In this document: piece after piece, positions 13,101 to 28,100 of the stretch
Layout: each line of letters opens with the position of its first letter
Position numbering within the stretch: the stretch's first letter is position 1
NCBI GenBank assembly: GCA_964016885.1
Contig: OZ024741.1
Location: forward strand, 309,380,001 to 309,444,000
Direction: 5' to 3'
DNA: 64,000 bases
DNA from: Eledone cirrhosa
Lineage: Eukaryota
Notes under the pieces: model-generated
Database searches by the model: none
What the model was told of the DNA's origin: nothing
The model's input: the letters and a program-made list of their open reading frames with translations, nothing else
Position numbers and translations under genes: made by a program

Positions 13101-16100
13101 TGTTATTGTTGCTATTGCTGAAACTATCTTTGTTATTGTTATTATTGTTGCTATTGATGTGACTATATTTGTTATTGTTGTTATTCTTGCTATTGTTGTG
13201 ACTATCTTTGTTATTGTTGTTATTGTTGATATTGTACTGAGTATCTTTGTTATTGTTGTTATTGTTGCTATTATTGTGACTATCTTTGTTATTTTTGTTA
13301 TTGTTGTTATTATTGTGACTATCTTTGTTAGTGTTGTTAGTGTTGCTATTGTTGTGACTATATTTGTTATTGTTGTTAGTGTTGCTATTGTTGTGACTAT
13401 CTTTGTTATTGTTGTTATTGTTGCTATTATTGTGACTATCTTTGTTACTGTTGTTATTGTTGCTATTGTTGTGACTATCTTTCTTATTGTTGTTATTCTT
13501 GCTATTATTGTGACTATCTTTATTATTGTTGTTATTGTTGCTATTATCGTGACTATCTTTGTTATTGTTGTTATTGTTGCCATTGTTGTGGCTATCTTTG
13601 TTATTGTTGTTAGTGTTGCTATTGTTGTGACTATCTTTGTTATTGTTGTTATTGTTGCTATTATTGTGACTATATTTGTTATTGTTGTTATTCTTGCTAT
13701 TGTTGTGACTATCTTTGTTATTGTTGTTATTGTTACTATCTTTGTTATTGTTGTTATTGTTGTTATTGTTGCTATTGTTGTGACTATCTTTGTTATTGTT
13801 GTTATTGTTGCTATTATTGTGACTATCTTTGTTATTGTTGTTATTGTTGTTATTGTTGTGACTATCTTTGTTATGGTTGTTATTGTTGCTATTATTGTGA
13901 CTATCTTTGTTATTGTTGTTATTGTTACTATTGTTGAGACTATCTTTGTTATTGTTGTTATTGTTGCTATTGTTGTGACTATATTTGTTATTCTTGTTAT
14001 TGTTGCTATTATTGTGACTATCTTTGTTATTGTTGTTATTGTTGCTATTATTGTGACTATCCTTGATATTGTTGTTATTGTTGCTATTGTTGTGACTATC
14101 TTTGTTACTGTTGATATTGTTGCTATTGTTGCTATTGTTGTGACTATCTTTCTTATTGTTGTTATTCTTGTTATTGTTGCTATTATTGTGACTATCTTTG
14201 TTATTGTTGTTATTGTTGCTATTATTGTGACTATCTTTGTTATTGTTTTTATTATTGCTATTGTTGAGACTATCTTTGTTAGTGTTGTTATTGCTGCTAT
14301 TATTGTGACTATCTTTGTTATTCTTGTTATTGTTGCTATTATTGTGACTATCTTTGTTATTGTTGTTATTGTTGCTATTATTGTGACTATCTTTGTTATT
14401 GTTGTTATTGTTGCTATTATGACTATATTTGTTATTGTTGTTATTGTTGCTATTGTTGTGACTATCTTTGTTATTGTTGTTATTGTTGCTATTATTGTGA
14501 CTATCTTTGTTATTGTTGTTATTGTTGTTATTGTTGTGACTATCTTTGTTATGGTTGTTATTGTTGCTATTATTGTGACTATCTTTGTTATTGTTGTTAT
14601 TGTTACTATTGTTGAGACTATCTTTGTTATTGTTGTTATTGTTGCTATTGTTGTGACTATATTTGTTATTGTTGTTATTGTTGCTATTGTTGTGACTATC
14701 TTTGTTATTGTTGTTATTGTTGCTATTATTGTGACTATCCTTGATATTGTTGTTATTGTTGCTATTGTTGTGACTATCTTTGTTACTGTTGATATTGTTG
14801 CTATTGTTGCTATTGTTGTGACTATCTTTCTTATTGTTGTTATTCTTGTTATTGTTGCTATTATTGTGACTATCTTTGTTATTGTTGTTATTGTTGCTAT
14901 TATTGTGACTATCTTTGTTATTGTTTTTATTATTGCTATTGTTGAGACTATCTTTGTTAGTGTTGTTATTGCTGCTATTATTGTGACTATCTTTGTTATT
15001 CTTGTTATTGTTGCTATTATTGTGACTATCTTTGTTATTGTTGTTATTGTTGCTATTATTGTGACTATCTTTGTTATTGTTGTTATTGTTGCTATTATGA
15101 CTATATTTGTTATTGTTGTTATTGTTGCTATTGTTGTGACTATCTTTGTTATTGTTGTTATTGTTGCTATTATTGTGACTATCTTTGTTATTGTTGTTAT
15201 TGTTGCTATTGTTGAAACTATCTTTGTTCTTTTTGTTATTGTTGTTATTGTTGCTATTGTTGTGACTGTCTTTTAATTGTTGTTATTGTTGCTATTGTTG
15301 TGACTATCTTTGTTATTGTTGTTATTGTTGCTATTATTGTGTCTATCTTTGTTATTGTTGTTATTGCTGCTATTATTGTGACTATCTTTGTTATTGTTGT
15401 TATTGTTGCAATTGGTGTTACTATCTTTGTTATTGTTGTTATTGTTATTATTGTTGTGACTATCTTTGTTATTGTTGTTATTGTTGTTATTGTTGTGACT
15501 AATATTGTTATTGTTGTTATTGTTGCTATTGTTGAAACTATCTTTGTTATTGTTATTATTGTTGCTATTGATGTGACTATATTTGTTATTGTTGTTATTG
15601 TTGCTATTGTTGTGACTATCTTTGTTATTGTTGTTATTGTTGATATTGTTCTGAGTATCTTTGTTATTGTTGTTATTGTTGCTATTATTGTGACTATCTT
15701 TGTTATTTTTGTTATTGTTGTTATTATTGTGACTATCTTTGTTAGTGTTGTTAGTGTTGCTATTGTTGTGACTATATTTGTTATTGTTGTTATTGTTGCT
15801 ATTATTGTGACTATCTTTGTTACTGTTGTTATTGTTGCTATTGTTGTGACTATCTTTGTTATTGTTGTTAGTGTTGCTATTGTTGTGACTATCTTTGTTA
15901 TTGTTGTTATTGTTGCTATTATTGTGACTATATTTGTTATTGTTGTTATTCTTGCTATTGTTGTGTCTATCTTTGTTATTGTTGTTATTGTTGCTATCTT
16001 TGTTATTGTTGTTATTGTTGTTATTGTTGCTATTGTTGTGACTATCTTTGTTATTGTTGTTATTGTTGCTATTATTGTGACTATCTTTGTTATTGCTGTT

Positions 16101-19100
16101 ATTGTTGTTATTGTTGTTACTATCTTTGTTATGGTTGTTATTGTTGCTATTATTGTGACTATCTTTGTTATTGTTGTTATTGTTACTATTGTTGAGATTA
16201 TCTTTGTTATTGTTGTTATTGTTGCTATTGTAGTGACTATATTTGTTATTGTTGTTATTGTTGCTATTGTTGTGACTATCTTTGTTATTGTTGTTATTGT
16301 TGCTATTATTGTGACTATCCTTGATATTGTTGTTATTGTTGCTATCGTTGTGACTATCTTTGTTACTGTTGTTATTGTTGCTATTGTTGCTATTGTTGTG
16401 ACTATCTTTGTTATTGTTGTTATTCTTGCTATTATCGTGACTATCTTTGTTATTGTTGTTATTGTTGCTATTGTTGTGGCTATCTTTGTTATTGTTGTTA
16501 TTGTTGCTATTATTGTGACTATCTTTGTTATTCTTGTTATTGTTGCTATTATTGTGACTATCTTTGTTATTGTTGTTATTGTTGCTATTATTGTGACTAT
16601 ATTTCTTATTGTTTTTATTATTGCTATTGTTGAGACTATCTTTGTTATTGTTGTTATTGTTGCTATTGTTGTGACTATCTTTGTTATTGTTGTTATTGTT
16701 GCTATTATTGTGACTATCGTTGATATTGTTGTTATTGTTGCTATTGTTGTGGCTATCTTTGTTACTGTTGTTATTGTTGCTATTGTTGCTATTGTTGTGA
16801 CTATCTTTGTTATTGTTGTTATTTTTGCTATTGTTGTGACAATCTTTGTTAGTGTTGTTATTAATGCTATTGTTGCTATTGTTGTGACTATCTTTGTTAT
16901 TGTTGTTATTGTTGCTATTATTGTGACTATCGTTGATATTGTTGTTATTGTTGCTATTGATGTGACTATATTTGTTCTTGTTGTTATTGTTGGTATTATT
17001 GTGACTATCTTTGTTATTGTTGTTATTGTTGCTATTATTGTGACTATCTTTGTTATTGTTGTTATTGTTGCTATTGTTGTGACTATATTTGTTATTGTTG
17101 TTATTGTTGCTATTATTGTGACTATCTTTGTTATTGTTGTTATTGTCGCTATTATTGTGACTATCTTTGTTATTGTTGTTAGTGTTGCTATTGTTGTGAC
17201 TATCTTTGTTATTGTTGTTATTGTTGCTATTATTGTGACTATCTTTGTTAATGTTGTTATTGTTGCTATTATTGTGACTATCTTTGTTATTGTTGTTATT
17301 GTTGCTATTATTGTGACTATCTTTGTTATTGTTGTTATTGTTGCTATTGTTGAAACTATCTTTGTTATTTTTGTTATTGTTGTTATTGTTGCTATTGTTG
17401 TGACTGTCTTTGTTATTGTTGTTATTGTTGCTATTGTTGTGACTATATTTGTTATTGTTGTTATTCTTGCTATTGTTGTGACTATCTTTATTATTGTTGT
17501 TATTATGCTATTATTGTGACTATCTTTGTTATTGTTGTTATTGTTGCTATTATTGTGTCTATCTTTGTTATTGTTGTTATTGCTTCTATTATTGTGACTA
17601 TCTTTGTTATTGTTGTTATTGTTGCAATTGGTGTCACTATCTTTGTTATTGTTGTTATTGTTGTTATTGTTGTGACTATCTTTGTTATTGTTGTTATTGT
17701 TGTTATTGTTGTGACTAATGTTGTTATTGTTGTTATTGTTGCTATTGTTGAAACTATCTTTGTTATTGTTATTATTGTCGCTATTGATGTGACTATATTT
17801 GTTATTGTTGTTATTGTTGCTATTGTTGTGACTATCTTTGTTATTGTTGTTATTGTTGATATAGTTCTGAGTATCTTTGTTATTGTTGTTATTGTTGCTA
17901 TTATTGTGACTATCTTTGTTATTTTTGTTATTGTTGTTATTATTGTGACTATCTTTGTTAGTGTTGTTAGTGTTGCTATTGTTGTGACTATATTTGTTAT
18001 TGTTGTTAGTGTTGCTATTATTGTGACTATCTTTGTTATTGTTGTTATTGTTGCTATTATTGTGACTATTTTTGTTATTGTTGTTAGTGTTGCTATTGTT
18101 GTGACTATCTTTGTTATTGTTGTTATTGTTGCTATTATTGTGACTATCTTTGTTAATGTTGTTATTGTTGCTATTATTGTGACTATCTTTGTTATTGTTG
18201 TTATTGTTGCTATTGTTGAAACTATCTTTGTTATTTTTGTTATTGTTGTTATTGTTGCTATTGTTGTGACTGTCTTTGTTATTGTTGTTGTTGTTGCTAT
18301 TGTTGTGACTATCTTTGTTATTCTTGTTATTGTTGCTATTATTGTGACTATCTTTGTTATTGTTGTTATTGTTGCTATTATTGTGACTATATTTCTTATT
18401 GTTTTTATTATTGCTATTGTTGAGACTATCTTTGTTATTGTTGTTATTGCTGCTATTGTTGTGACTATCTTTATTATTGTTGTTATTGTTGCTATTATTG
18501 TGACTATCGTTGATATTGTTGTTATTGTTGCTATTGTTGTGACTATCTTTGTTACTGTTGTTATTGTTGCTATTGTTGCTATTGTTGTTACTATCTTTGT
18601 TATTGTTGTTATTTTTGCTATTGTTGTGACAATCTTTGTTAGAGTTGTTATTGTTGCTATTGTTGCTATTGTTGTGACTATCTTTGTTATTGTTGTTATT
18701 GTTGCTATTATTGTGACTATCGTTGATATTGTTGTTATTGTTGCTATTGATGTGACTATATTTGTTCTTGTTGTTATTGTTGCTATTATTGTGACTATCT
18801 TTGTTATTGTTGTTATTGTTGCTATTATTGTGACTATCTTTGTTATTGTTGTTATTGTTGCTATTGTTGTGACTATATTTGTTATTGTTGTTATTGTTGC
18901 TATTATTGTGACTATCTTTGTTATTGTTGTTATTGTTGCTATTATTGTGACTATCTTTGTTATTGTTGTTAGTGTTGCTATTGTTGTGACTATCTTTGTT
19001 ATTGTTGTTATTGTTGCTATTATTGTGACTATCTTTGTTAATGTTGTTATTGTTGCTATTATTGTGACTATCTTTGTTATTGTTGTTATTGTTGCTATTA

Positions 19101-22100
19101 TTGTGACTATCTTTGTTATTGTTGTTATTGTTGCTATTGTTGAAACTATCTTTGTTATTTTTGTTATTGTTGTTATTGTGGCTATTATTGTGACTGTCTT
19201 TGTTATTGTGGTTATTGTTGCTATTGTTGTGACTATATTTGTTATTGTTGTTATTCTTGCTATTGTTGTGACTATCTTTATTATTGTTGTTATTGTTGCT
19301 ATTATTGTGACTATCTTTGTTATTGTTGTTATTGTTGCTATTATGACTATATTTGTTATTGTTGTTATTGTTGCTATTGTTGTGACTATCTTTGTTATTG
19401 TTGTTATCGTTGCTATTATTGTGACTATCTTTGTTATTTTTGTTATTGTTGTTATTGTTGCTATTGTTGTGACTGTCTTTGTTATTGTTGTTGTTGTTGC
19501 TATTGTTGTGACTATCTTTGTTATTCTTGTTATTGTTGCTATTATTGTGACTATCTTTGTTATTATTGTTATTGTTGCTATTGTTGAAACTATCTTTGTT
19601 ATTTTTGTTATTGTTGTTATTGTTGCTATTGTTGTGACTGTCTTGTAATTGTTGTTATTGTTGCTATTGTTGTGACTATCATGTTATTGTTGTTATTGTT
19701 GCTATTATTGTGTCTATCTTTGTTATTGTTGTTATTGCTGCTATTATTGTGACTATCTTTGTTATTGTTGTTATTGTTGCAATTGGTGTGACTATCTTTG
19801 TTATTGTTGTTATTGTTATTATTGTTGTGACTATCTTTGTTATTGTTGTTATTGTTGTTATTGTTGTGACTAATATTGTTATTGCTGTTATTGTTGTTAT
19901 TGTTGAAACTATCTTTGTTATTGTTATTATTGTTGCTATTGATGTGACTATATTTGTTATTGTTGTTATTGTTGATATTGTTGTGACTATCTTTGTTATT
20001 GTTGTTATTGTTGATATTGTTCTGAGTATCTTTGTTATTGTTCTTATTGTTGCTATTATTGTGACTATCTTTGTTATTTTTGTTATTGTTGTTATTATTG
20101 TGACTATCTTTGTTAGTGTTGTTAGTGTTGCTATTGTTGTGACTATATTTGTTATTGTTGTTAGTGTTGCTATTGTTGTGACTATCTTTGTTATTGTTGT
20201 TATTGTTGCTATTATTGTGACTATCTTTGTTACTGTTGTTATTGTTGCAATTGTTGTGACTATCTTTGTTATTGTTGTTAGTGTTGCTATTGTTGTGACT
20301 ATCTTTGTTATTGTTGTTATTGTTGCTATTATTGTGATTATATTTGTTATTGTTGTTATTCTTGCTATTGTTGTGACTATCTTTGTTATTGTTGTTATTG
20401 TTGCTATCTTTGTTATTGTTGTTATTGTTGTTATTGTTGCTATTGTTGTGACTATCTTTGTTATTATTGTTATTGTTGCTATTATTGTGACTATCTTTGT
20501 TATTGTTGTTATTGTTACTATTGTTGAGATTATCTTTGTTATTGTTGTTATTGTTGCTATTGTTGTGACTATATATGTTATTGTTGTAATTGTTGCTATT
20601 GTTGTGACTATCTTTGTTATTGTTGTTATTGTTGCTATTATTGTGACTATCCTTGATATTGTTGTTATTCTTGCTATTGTTGTGACGATCTTTGTTACTG
20701 TTGTTATTGTTGCTATTGTTGCTATTGTTGTGACTATCTTTGTTATTGTTGTTATTCTTGCTATTATTGTGACTATCTTTGTTATTGTTGTTATTGTTGC
20801 TATTATCGTGACTATCTTTGTTATTGTTGTTATTGTTGCTATTGTTGTGGCTATCTTTGTTATTGTTGTTATTGTTGCTATTATTGTGACTATCTTTGTT
20901 ATTCTTGTTATTGTTGCTATTATTGTGACTATCTTTGTTATTGTTGTTATTGTTGCTATTATTGTGACTATATTTCTTATTGTTTTTATTATTGCTATTG
21001 TTGAGACTATCTTTGTTATTGTTGTTATTGCTGCTATTGTTGTGACTATCTTTGTTATTGTTGTTATTGTTGCTATTATTGTGACTATCGTTGATATTGT
21101 TGTTATTGTTGCTATTGTTGTGACTATCTTTGTGACTGTTGTTATTGTTGCTATTGTTGCTATTGTTATGACTATCTTTGTTATTGTTGTTATTTTTGCT
21201 ATTGTTGTGACAATCTTTGTTAGTGTTGTTATTGTTGCTATTGTTGCTATTGTTGTGACTATATTTGTTATTGTTGTTATTGTTGCTATTATTGTGACTA
21301 TCTTTGTTATTGTTGTTATTGTTGCTATTATTGTGACTATCTTTGTTATTGTTGTTAGTGTTGCTATTGTTGTGACTATCTTTGTTATTGTTGTTATTGT
21401 TGCTATTATTGTGACTATCTTTGTTAATGTTGTTATTGTTGCTATTATTGTGACTATCTTTGTTATTGTTGTTATTGTTGCTATTATTGTGACTATCTTT
21501 GTTATTGTTGTTATTGTTGCTATTGTTGAAACTATCTTTGTTATTTTTGTTATTGTTGTTATTGTGGCTATTATTGTGACTGTCTTTGTTATTGTGGTTA
21601 TTGTTGCTATTGTTGTGACTATATTTGTTATTGTTGTTATTCTTGCTATTGTTGTGACTATCTTTATTATTGTTGTTATTGTTGCTATTATTGTGACTAT
21701 CTTTGTTATTGTTGTTATTGTTGCTATTATGACTATATTTGTTATTGTTGTTATTGTTGCTATTGTTGTGACTATCTTTGTTATTGTTGTTATCGTTGCT
21801 ATTATTGTGACTATCTTTGTTATTTTTGTTATTGTTGTTATTGTTGCTATTGTTGTGACTGTCTTTGTTATTGTTGTTGTTGTTGCTATTGTTGTGACTA
21901 TCTTTGTTATTCTTGTTATTGTTGCTATTATTGTGACTATCTTTGTTATTATTGTTATTGTTGCTATTGTTGAAACTATCTTTGTTATTTTTGTTATTGT
22001 TGTTATTGTTGCTATTGTTGTGACTGTCTTGTAATTGTTGTTATTGTTGCTATTGTTGTGACTATCATGTTATTGTTGTTATTGTTGCTATTATTGTGTC

Positions 22101-25100
22101 TATCTTTGTTATTGTTGTTATTGCTGCTATTATTGTGACTATCTTTGTTATTGTTGTTATTGTTGCAATTGGTGTGACTATCTTTGTTATTGTTGTTATT
22201 GTTATTATTGTTGTGACTATCTTTGTTATTGTTGTTATTGTTGTTATTGTTGTGACTAATATTGTTATTGCTGTTATTGTTGTTATTGTTGAAACTATCT
22301 TTGTTATTGTTATTATTGTTGCTATTGATGTGACTATATTTGTTATTGTTGTTATTGTTGATATTGTTGTGACTATCTTTGTTATTGTTGTTATTGTTGA
22401 TATTGTTCTGAGTATCTTTGTTATTGTTCTTATTGTTGCTATTATTGTGACTATCTTTGTTATTTTTGTTATTGTTGTTATTATTGTGACTATCTTTGTT
22501 AGTGTTGTTAGTGTTGCTATTGTTGTGACTATATTTGTTATTGTTGTTAGTGTTGCTATTGTTGTGACTATCTTTGTTATTGTTGTTATTGTTGCTATTA
22601 TTGTGACTATCTTTGTTACTGTTGTTATTGTTGCAATTGTTGTGACTATCTTTGTTATTGTTGTTAGTGTTGCTATTGTTGTGACTATCTTTGTTATTGT
22701 TGTTATTGTTGCTATTATTGTGACTATATTTGTTATTGTTGTTATTCTTGCTATTGTTGTGACTATCTTTGTTATTGTTGTTATTGTTGCTATCTTTGTT
22801 ATTGTTGTTATTGTTGTTATTGTTGCTATTGTTGTGACTATCTTTGTTATTATTGTTATTGTTGCTATTATTGTGACTATCTTTGTTATTGCTGTTATTG
22901 TTGTTATTGTTGTGACTATCTTTGTTATGGTTGTTATTGTTGCTATTATTGTGACTATCTTTGTTATTGTTGTTATTGTTACTATTGTTGAGATTATCTT
23001 TGTTATTGTTGTTATTGTTGCTATTGTTGTGACTATATATGTTATTGTTGTAATTGTTGCTATTGTTGTGACTATCTTTGTTGTTGTTGTTATTGTTGCT
23101 ATTATTGTGACTATCCTTGATATTGTTGTTATTCTTGCTATTGTTGTGACGATCTTTGTTACTGTTGTTATTGTTGCTATTGTTGCTATTGTTGTGACTA
23201 TCTTTGTTATTGTTGTTATTCTTGCTATTATTGTGACTATCTTTGTTATTGTTGTTATTGTTGCTATTATCGTGACTATCTTTGTTATTGTTGTTATTGT
23301 TGCTATTGTTGTGGCTATCTTTGTTATTGTTGTTATTGTTGCTATTATTGTGACTATCTTTGTTATTCTTGTTATTGTTGCTATTATTGTGACTATCTTT
23401 GTTATTGTTGTTATTGTTGCTATTATTGTGACTATATTTCTTATTGTTTTTATTATTGCTATTGTTGAGACTATCTTTGTTATTGTTGTTATTGCTGCTA
23501 TTGTTGTGACTATCTTTGTTATTGTTGTTATTGTTGCTTTTATTGTGACTATCGTTGATATTGTTGTTATTGTTGCTATTGTTGTGACTATCTTTGTTAC
23601 TGTTGTTATTGTTGCTATTGTTGCTATTGTTATGACTATCTTTGTTATTGTTGTTATTTTTGCTATTGTTGTGACAATCTTTGTTAGTGTTGTTATTGTT
23701 GCTATTGTTGCTATTGTTGTGACTATATTTGTTATTGTTGTTATTGTTGCTATTATTGTGACTATCTTTGTTATTGTTGTTATTGTTGCTATTATTGTGA
23801 CTATCTTTGTTATTGTTGTTAGTGTTGCTATTGTTGTGACTATCTTTGTTATTGTTGTTATTGTTGCTATTATTGTGACTATCTTTGTTAATGTTGTTAT
23901 TGTTGCTATTATTGTGACTATCTTTGTTATTGTTGTTATTGTTGCTATTATTGTGACTATCTTTGTTATTGTTGTTATTGTTGCTATTGTTGAAACTATC
24001 TTTGTTATTTTTGTTTTTGTTGTTATTGTTGCTATTGTTGTGACTGTCTTTGTTATTGTTGTTATTGTTGCTATTGTTGTGACTATATTTGTTATTGTTG
24101 TTATTCTTGCTATTGTTGTGACTATCTTTGTTATTGTTGTTTTTGTTGCTATTATTGTGACTATCTTTGTTATTGTTGTTATTGTTGCTATTGTTGAAAC
24201 TATCTTTGTTATTTTTGTTATTGTTGTTATTGTTGCTATTGTTGTGACTGTCTTGTAATTGTTGTTATTGTTGCTATTGTTGTGACTATCTTTGTTATTG
24301 TTGTTATTGTTGCTATTATTGTGTCTATCTTTGTTATTGTTGTTATTGCTGCTATTATTGTGACTATCTTTGTTATTGTTGTTATTGTTGCAATTGGTGT
24401 CACTATCTTTGTTATTGTTGTTATTGTTGTTATTGTTGTGACTATCTTTGTTATTGTTGTTATAGTTGTGACGAATGTTGTTATTGTTGTTATTGTTGCT
24501 ATTGTTGAAACTATCTTTGTTATTGTTATTATTGTCGCTATTGATGTGACTATATTTGTTATTGTTGTTATTGTTGCTATTGTTGTGACTATCTTTGTTA
24601 TTGTTGTTATTGTTGTTATTGTTGTGACTAATGTTGTTATTGTTGTTATTGTTGCTATTGTTGAAACTATCTTTGTTATTGTTATTATTGTCGCTATTGA
24701 TGTGACTATATTTGTTATTGTTGTTATTGTTGCTATTGTTGTGACTATCTTTGTTATTGTTGTTATTGTTGATATAGTTCTGAGTATCTTTGTTATTGTT
24801 GTTATTGTTGCTATTATTGTGACTATCTTTGTTATTTTTGTTATTGTTGTTATTATTGTGACTATCTTTGTTAGTGTTGTTAGTGTTGCTATTGTTGTGA
24901 CTATATTTGTTATTGTTGTTAGTGTTGCTATTATTGTGACTATCTTTGTTATTGTTGTTATTGTTGCTATTATTGTGACTATCTTTGTTATTGTTGTTAG
25001 TGTTGCTATTGTTGTGACTATCTTTGTTATTGTTGTTATTGTTGCTATTATTGTGACTATCTTTGTTATTGTTGTTATTGTTGCTATTATTGTGACTATA

Positions 25101-28100
25101 TTTCTTATTGTTTTTATTATTGCTATTGTTGAGACTATCTTTGTTATTGTTGTTATTGCTGCTATTGTTGTGACTATCTTTATTATTGTTGTTATTGTTG
25201 CTATTATTGTGACTATCGTTGATATTGTTGTTATTGTTGCTATTGTTGTGACTATCTTTGTTACTGTTGTTATTGTTGCTATTGTTGCTATTGTTGTTAC
25301 TATCTTTGTTATTGTTGTTATTTTTGCTATTGTTGTGACAATCTTTGTTAGAGTTGTTATTGTTGCTATTGTTGCTATTGTTGTGACTATCTTTGTTATT
25401 GTTGTTATTGTTGCTATTATTGTGACTATCGTTGATATTGTTGTTATTGTTGCTATTGATGTGACTATATTTGTTCTTGTTGTTATTGTTGCTATTATTG
25501 TGACTATCTTTGTTATTGTTGTTATTGTTGCTATTATTGTGACTATCTTTGTTATTGTTGTTATTGTTGCTATTGTTGTGACTATATTTGTTATTGTTGT
25601 TATTGTTGCTATTATTGTGACTATCTTTGTTATTGTTGTTATTGTTGCTATTATTGTGACTATCTTTGTTATTGTTGTTAGTGTTGCTATTGTTGTGACT
25701 ATCTTTGTTATTGTTGTTATTGTTGCTATTATTGTGACTATCTTTGTTAATGTTGTTATTGTTGCTATTATTGTGACTATCTTTGTTATTGTTGTTATTG
25801 TTGCTATTATTGTGACTATCTTTGTTATTGTTGTTATTGTTGCTATTGTTGAAACTATCTTTGTTATTTTTGTTATTGTTGTTATTGTGGCTATTATTGT
25901 GACTGTCTTTGTTATTGTGGTTATTGTTGCTATTGTTGTGACTATATTTGTTATTGTTGTTATTCTTGCTATTGTTGTGACTATCTTTATTATTGTTGTT
26001 ATTGTTGCTATTATTGTGACTATCTTTGTTATTGTTGTTATTGTTGCTATTATGACTATATTTGTTATTGTTGTTATTGTTGCTATTGTTGTGACTATCT
26101 TTGTTATTGTTGTTATCGTTGCTATTATTGTGACTATCTTTGTTATTTTTGTTATTGTTGTTATTGTTGCTATTGTTGTGACTGTCTTTGTTATTGTTGT
26201 TGTTGTTGCTATTGTTGTGACTATCTTTGTTATTCTTGTTATTGTTGCTATTATTGTGACTATCTTTGTTATTATTGTTATTGTTGCTATTGTTGAAACT
26301 ATCTTTGTTATTTTTGTTATTGTTGTTATTGTTGCTATTGTTGTGACTGTCTTGTAATTGTTGTTATTGTTGCTATTGTTGTGACTATCATGTTATTGTT
26401 GTTATTGTTGCTATTATTGTGTCTATCTTTGTTATTGTTGTTATTGCTGCTATTATTGTGACTATCTTTGTTATTGTTGTTATTGTTGCAATTGGTGTGA
26501 CTATCTTTGTTATTGTTGTTATTGTTATTATTGTTGTGACTATCTTTGTTATTGTTGTTATTGTTGTTATTGTTGTGACTAATATTGTTATTGCTGTTAT
26601 TGTTGTTATTGTTGAAACTATCTTTGTTATTGTTATTATTGTTGCTATTGATGTGACTATATTTGTTATTGTTGTTATTGTTGATATTGTTGTGACTATC
26701 TTTGTTATTGTTGTTATTGTTGATATTGTTCTGAGTATCTTTGTTATTGTTGTTAGTGTTGCTATTGTTGTGACTATCTTTGTTATTGTTGTTATTGTTG
26801 CTATTATTGTGACTATCTTTGTTACTGTTGTTATTGTTGCAATTGTTGTGACTATCTTTGTTATTGTTGTTAGTGTTGCTATTGTTGTGACTATCTTTGT
26901 TATTGTTGTTATTGTTGCTATTATTGTGACTATATTTGTTATTGTTGTTATTCTTGCTATTGTTGTGACTATCTTTGTTATTGTTGTTATTGTTGCTATC
27001 TTTGTTATTGTTGTTATTGTTGTTATTGTTGCTATTGTTGTGACTATCTTTGTTATTATTGTTATTGTTGCTATTATTGTGACTATCTTTGTTATTGCTG
27101 TTATTGTTGTTATTGTTGTGACTATCTTTGTTATGGTTGTTATTGTTGCTATTATTGTGACTATCTTTGTTATTGTTGTTATTGTTACTATTGTTGAGAT
27201 TATCTTTGTTATTGTTGTTATTGTTGCTATTGTTGTGACTATATATGTTATTGTTGTAATTGTTGCTATTGTTGTGACTATCTTTGTTATTGTTGTTATT
27301 GTTGCTATTATTGTGACTATCCTTGATATTGTTGTTATTCTTGCTATTGTTGTGACGATCTTTGTTACTGTTGTTATTGTTGCTATTGTTGCTATTGTTG
27401 TGACTATCTTTGTTATTGTTGTTATTCTTGCTATTATTGTGACTATCTTTGTTATTGTTGTATTGTTGCTATTATCGTGACTATCTTTGTTATTGTTGTT
27501 ATTGTTGCTATTGTTGTGGCTATCTTTGTTATTGTTGTTATTGTTGCTATTATTGTGACTATCTTTGTTATTCTTGTTATTGTTGCTATTATTGTGACTA
27601 TCTTTGTTATTGTTGTTATTGTTGCTATTATTGTGACTATATTTCTTATTGTTTTTATTATTGCTATTGTTGAGACTATCTTTGTTATTGTTGTTATTGC
27701 TGCTATTGTTGTGACTATCTTTGTTATTGTTGTTATTGTTGCTATTATTGTGACTATCGTTGATATTGTTGTTATTGTTGCTATTGTTGTGACTATCTTT
27801 GTTACTGTTGTTATTGTTGCTATTGTTGCTATTGTTATGACTATCTTTGTTATTGTTGTTATTTTTGCTATTGTTGTGACAATCTTTGTTAGTGTTGTTA
27901 TTGTTGCTATTGTTGCTATTGTTGTGACTATATTTGTTATTGTTGTTATTGTTGCTATTATTGTGACTATCTTTGTTATTGTTGTTATTGTTGCTATTAT
28001 TGTGACTATCTTCGTTATTGTTGTTAGTGTTGCTATTGTTGTGACTATCTTTGTTATTGTTGTTATTGTTGCTATTATTGTGACTATCTTTGTTAATGTT

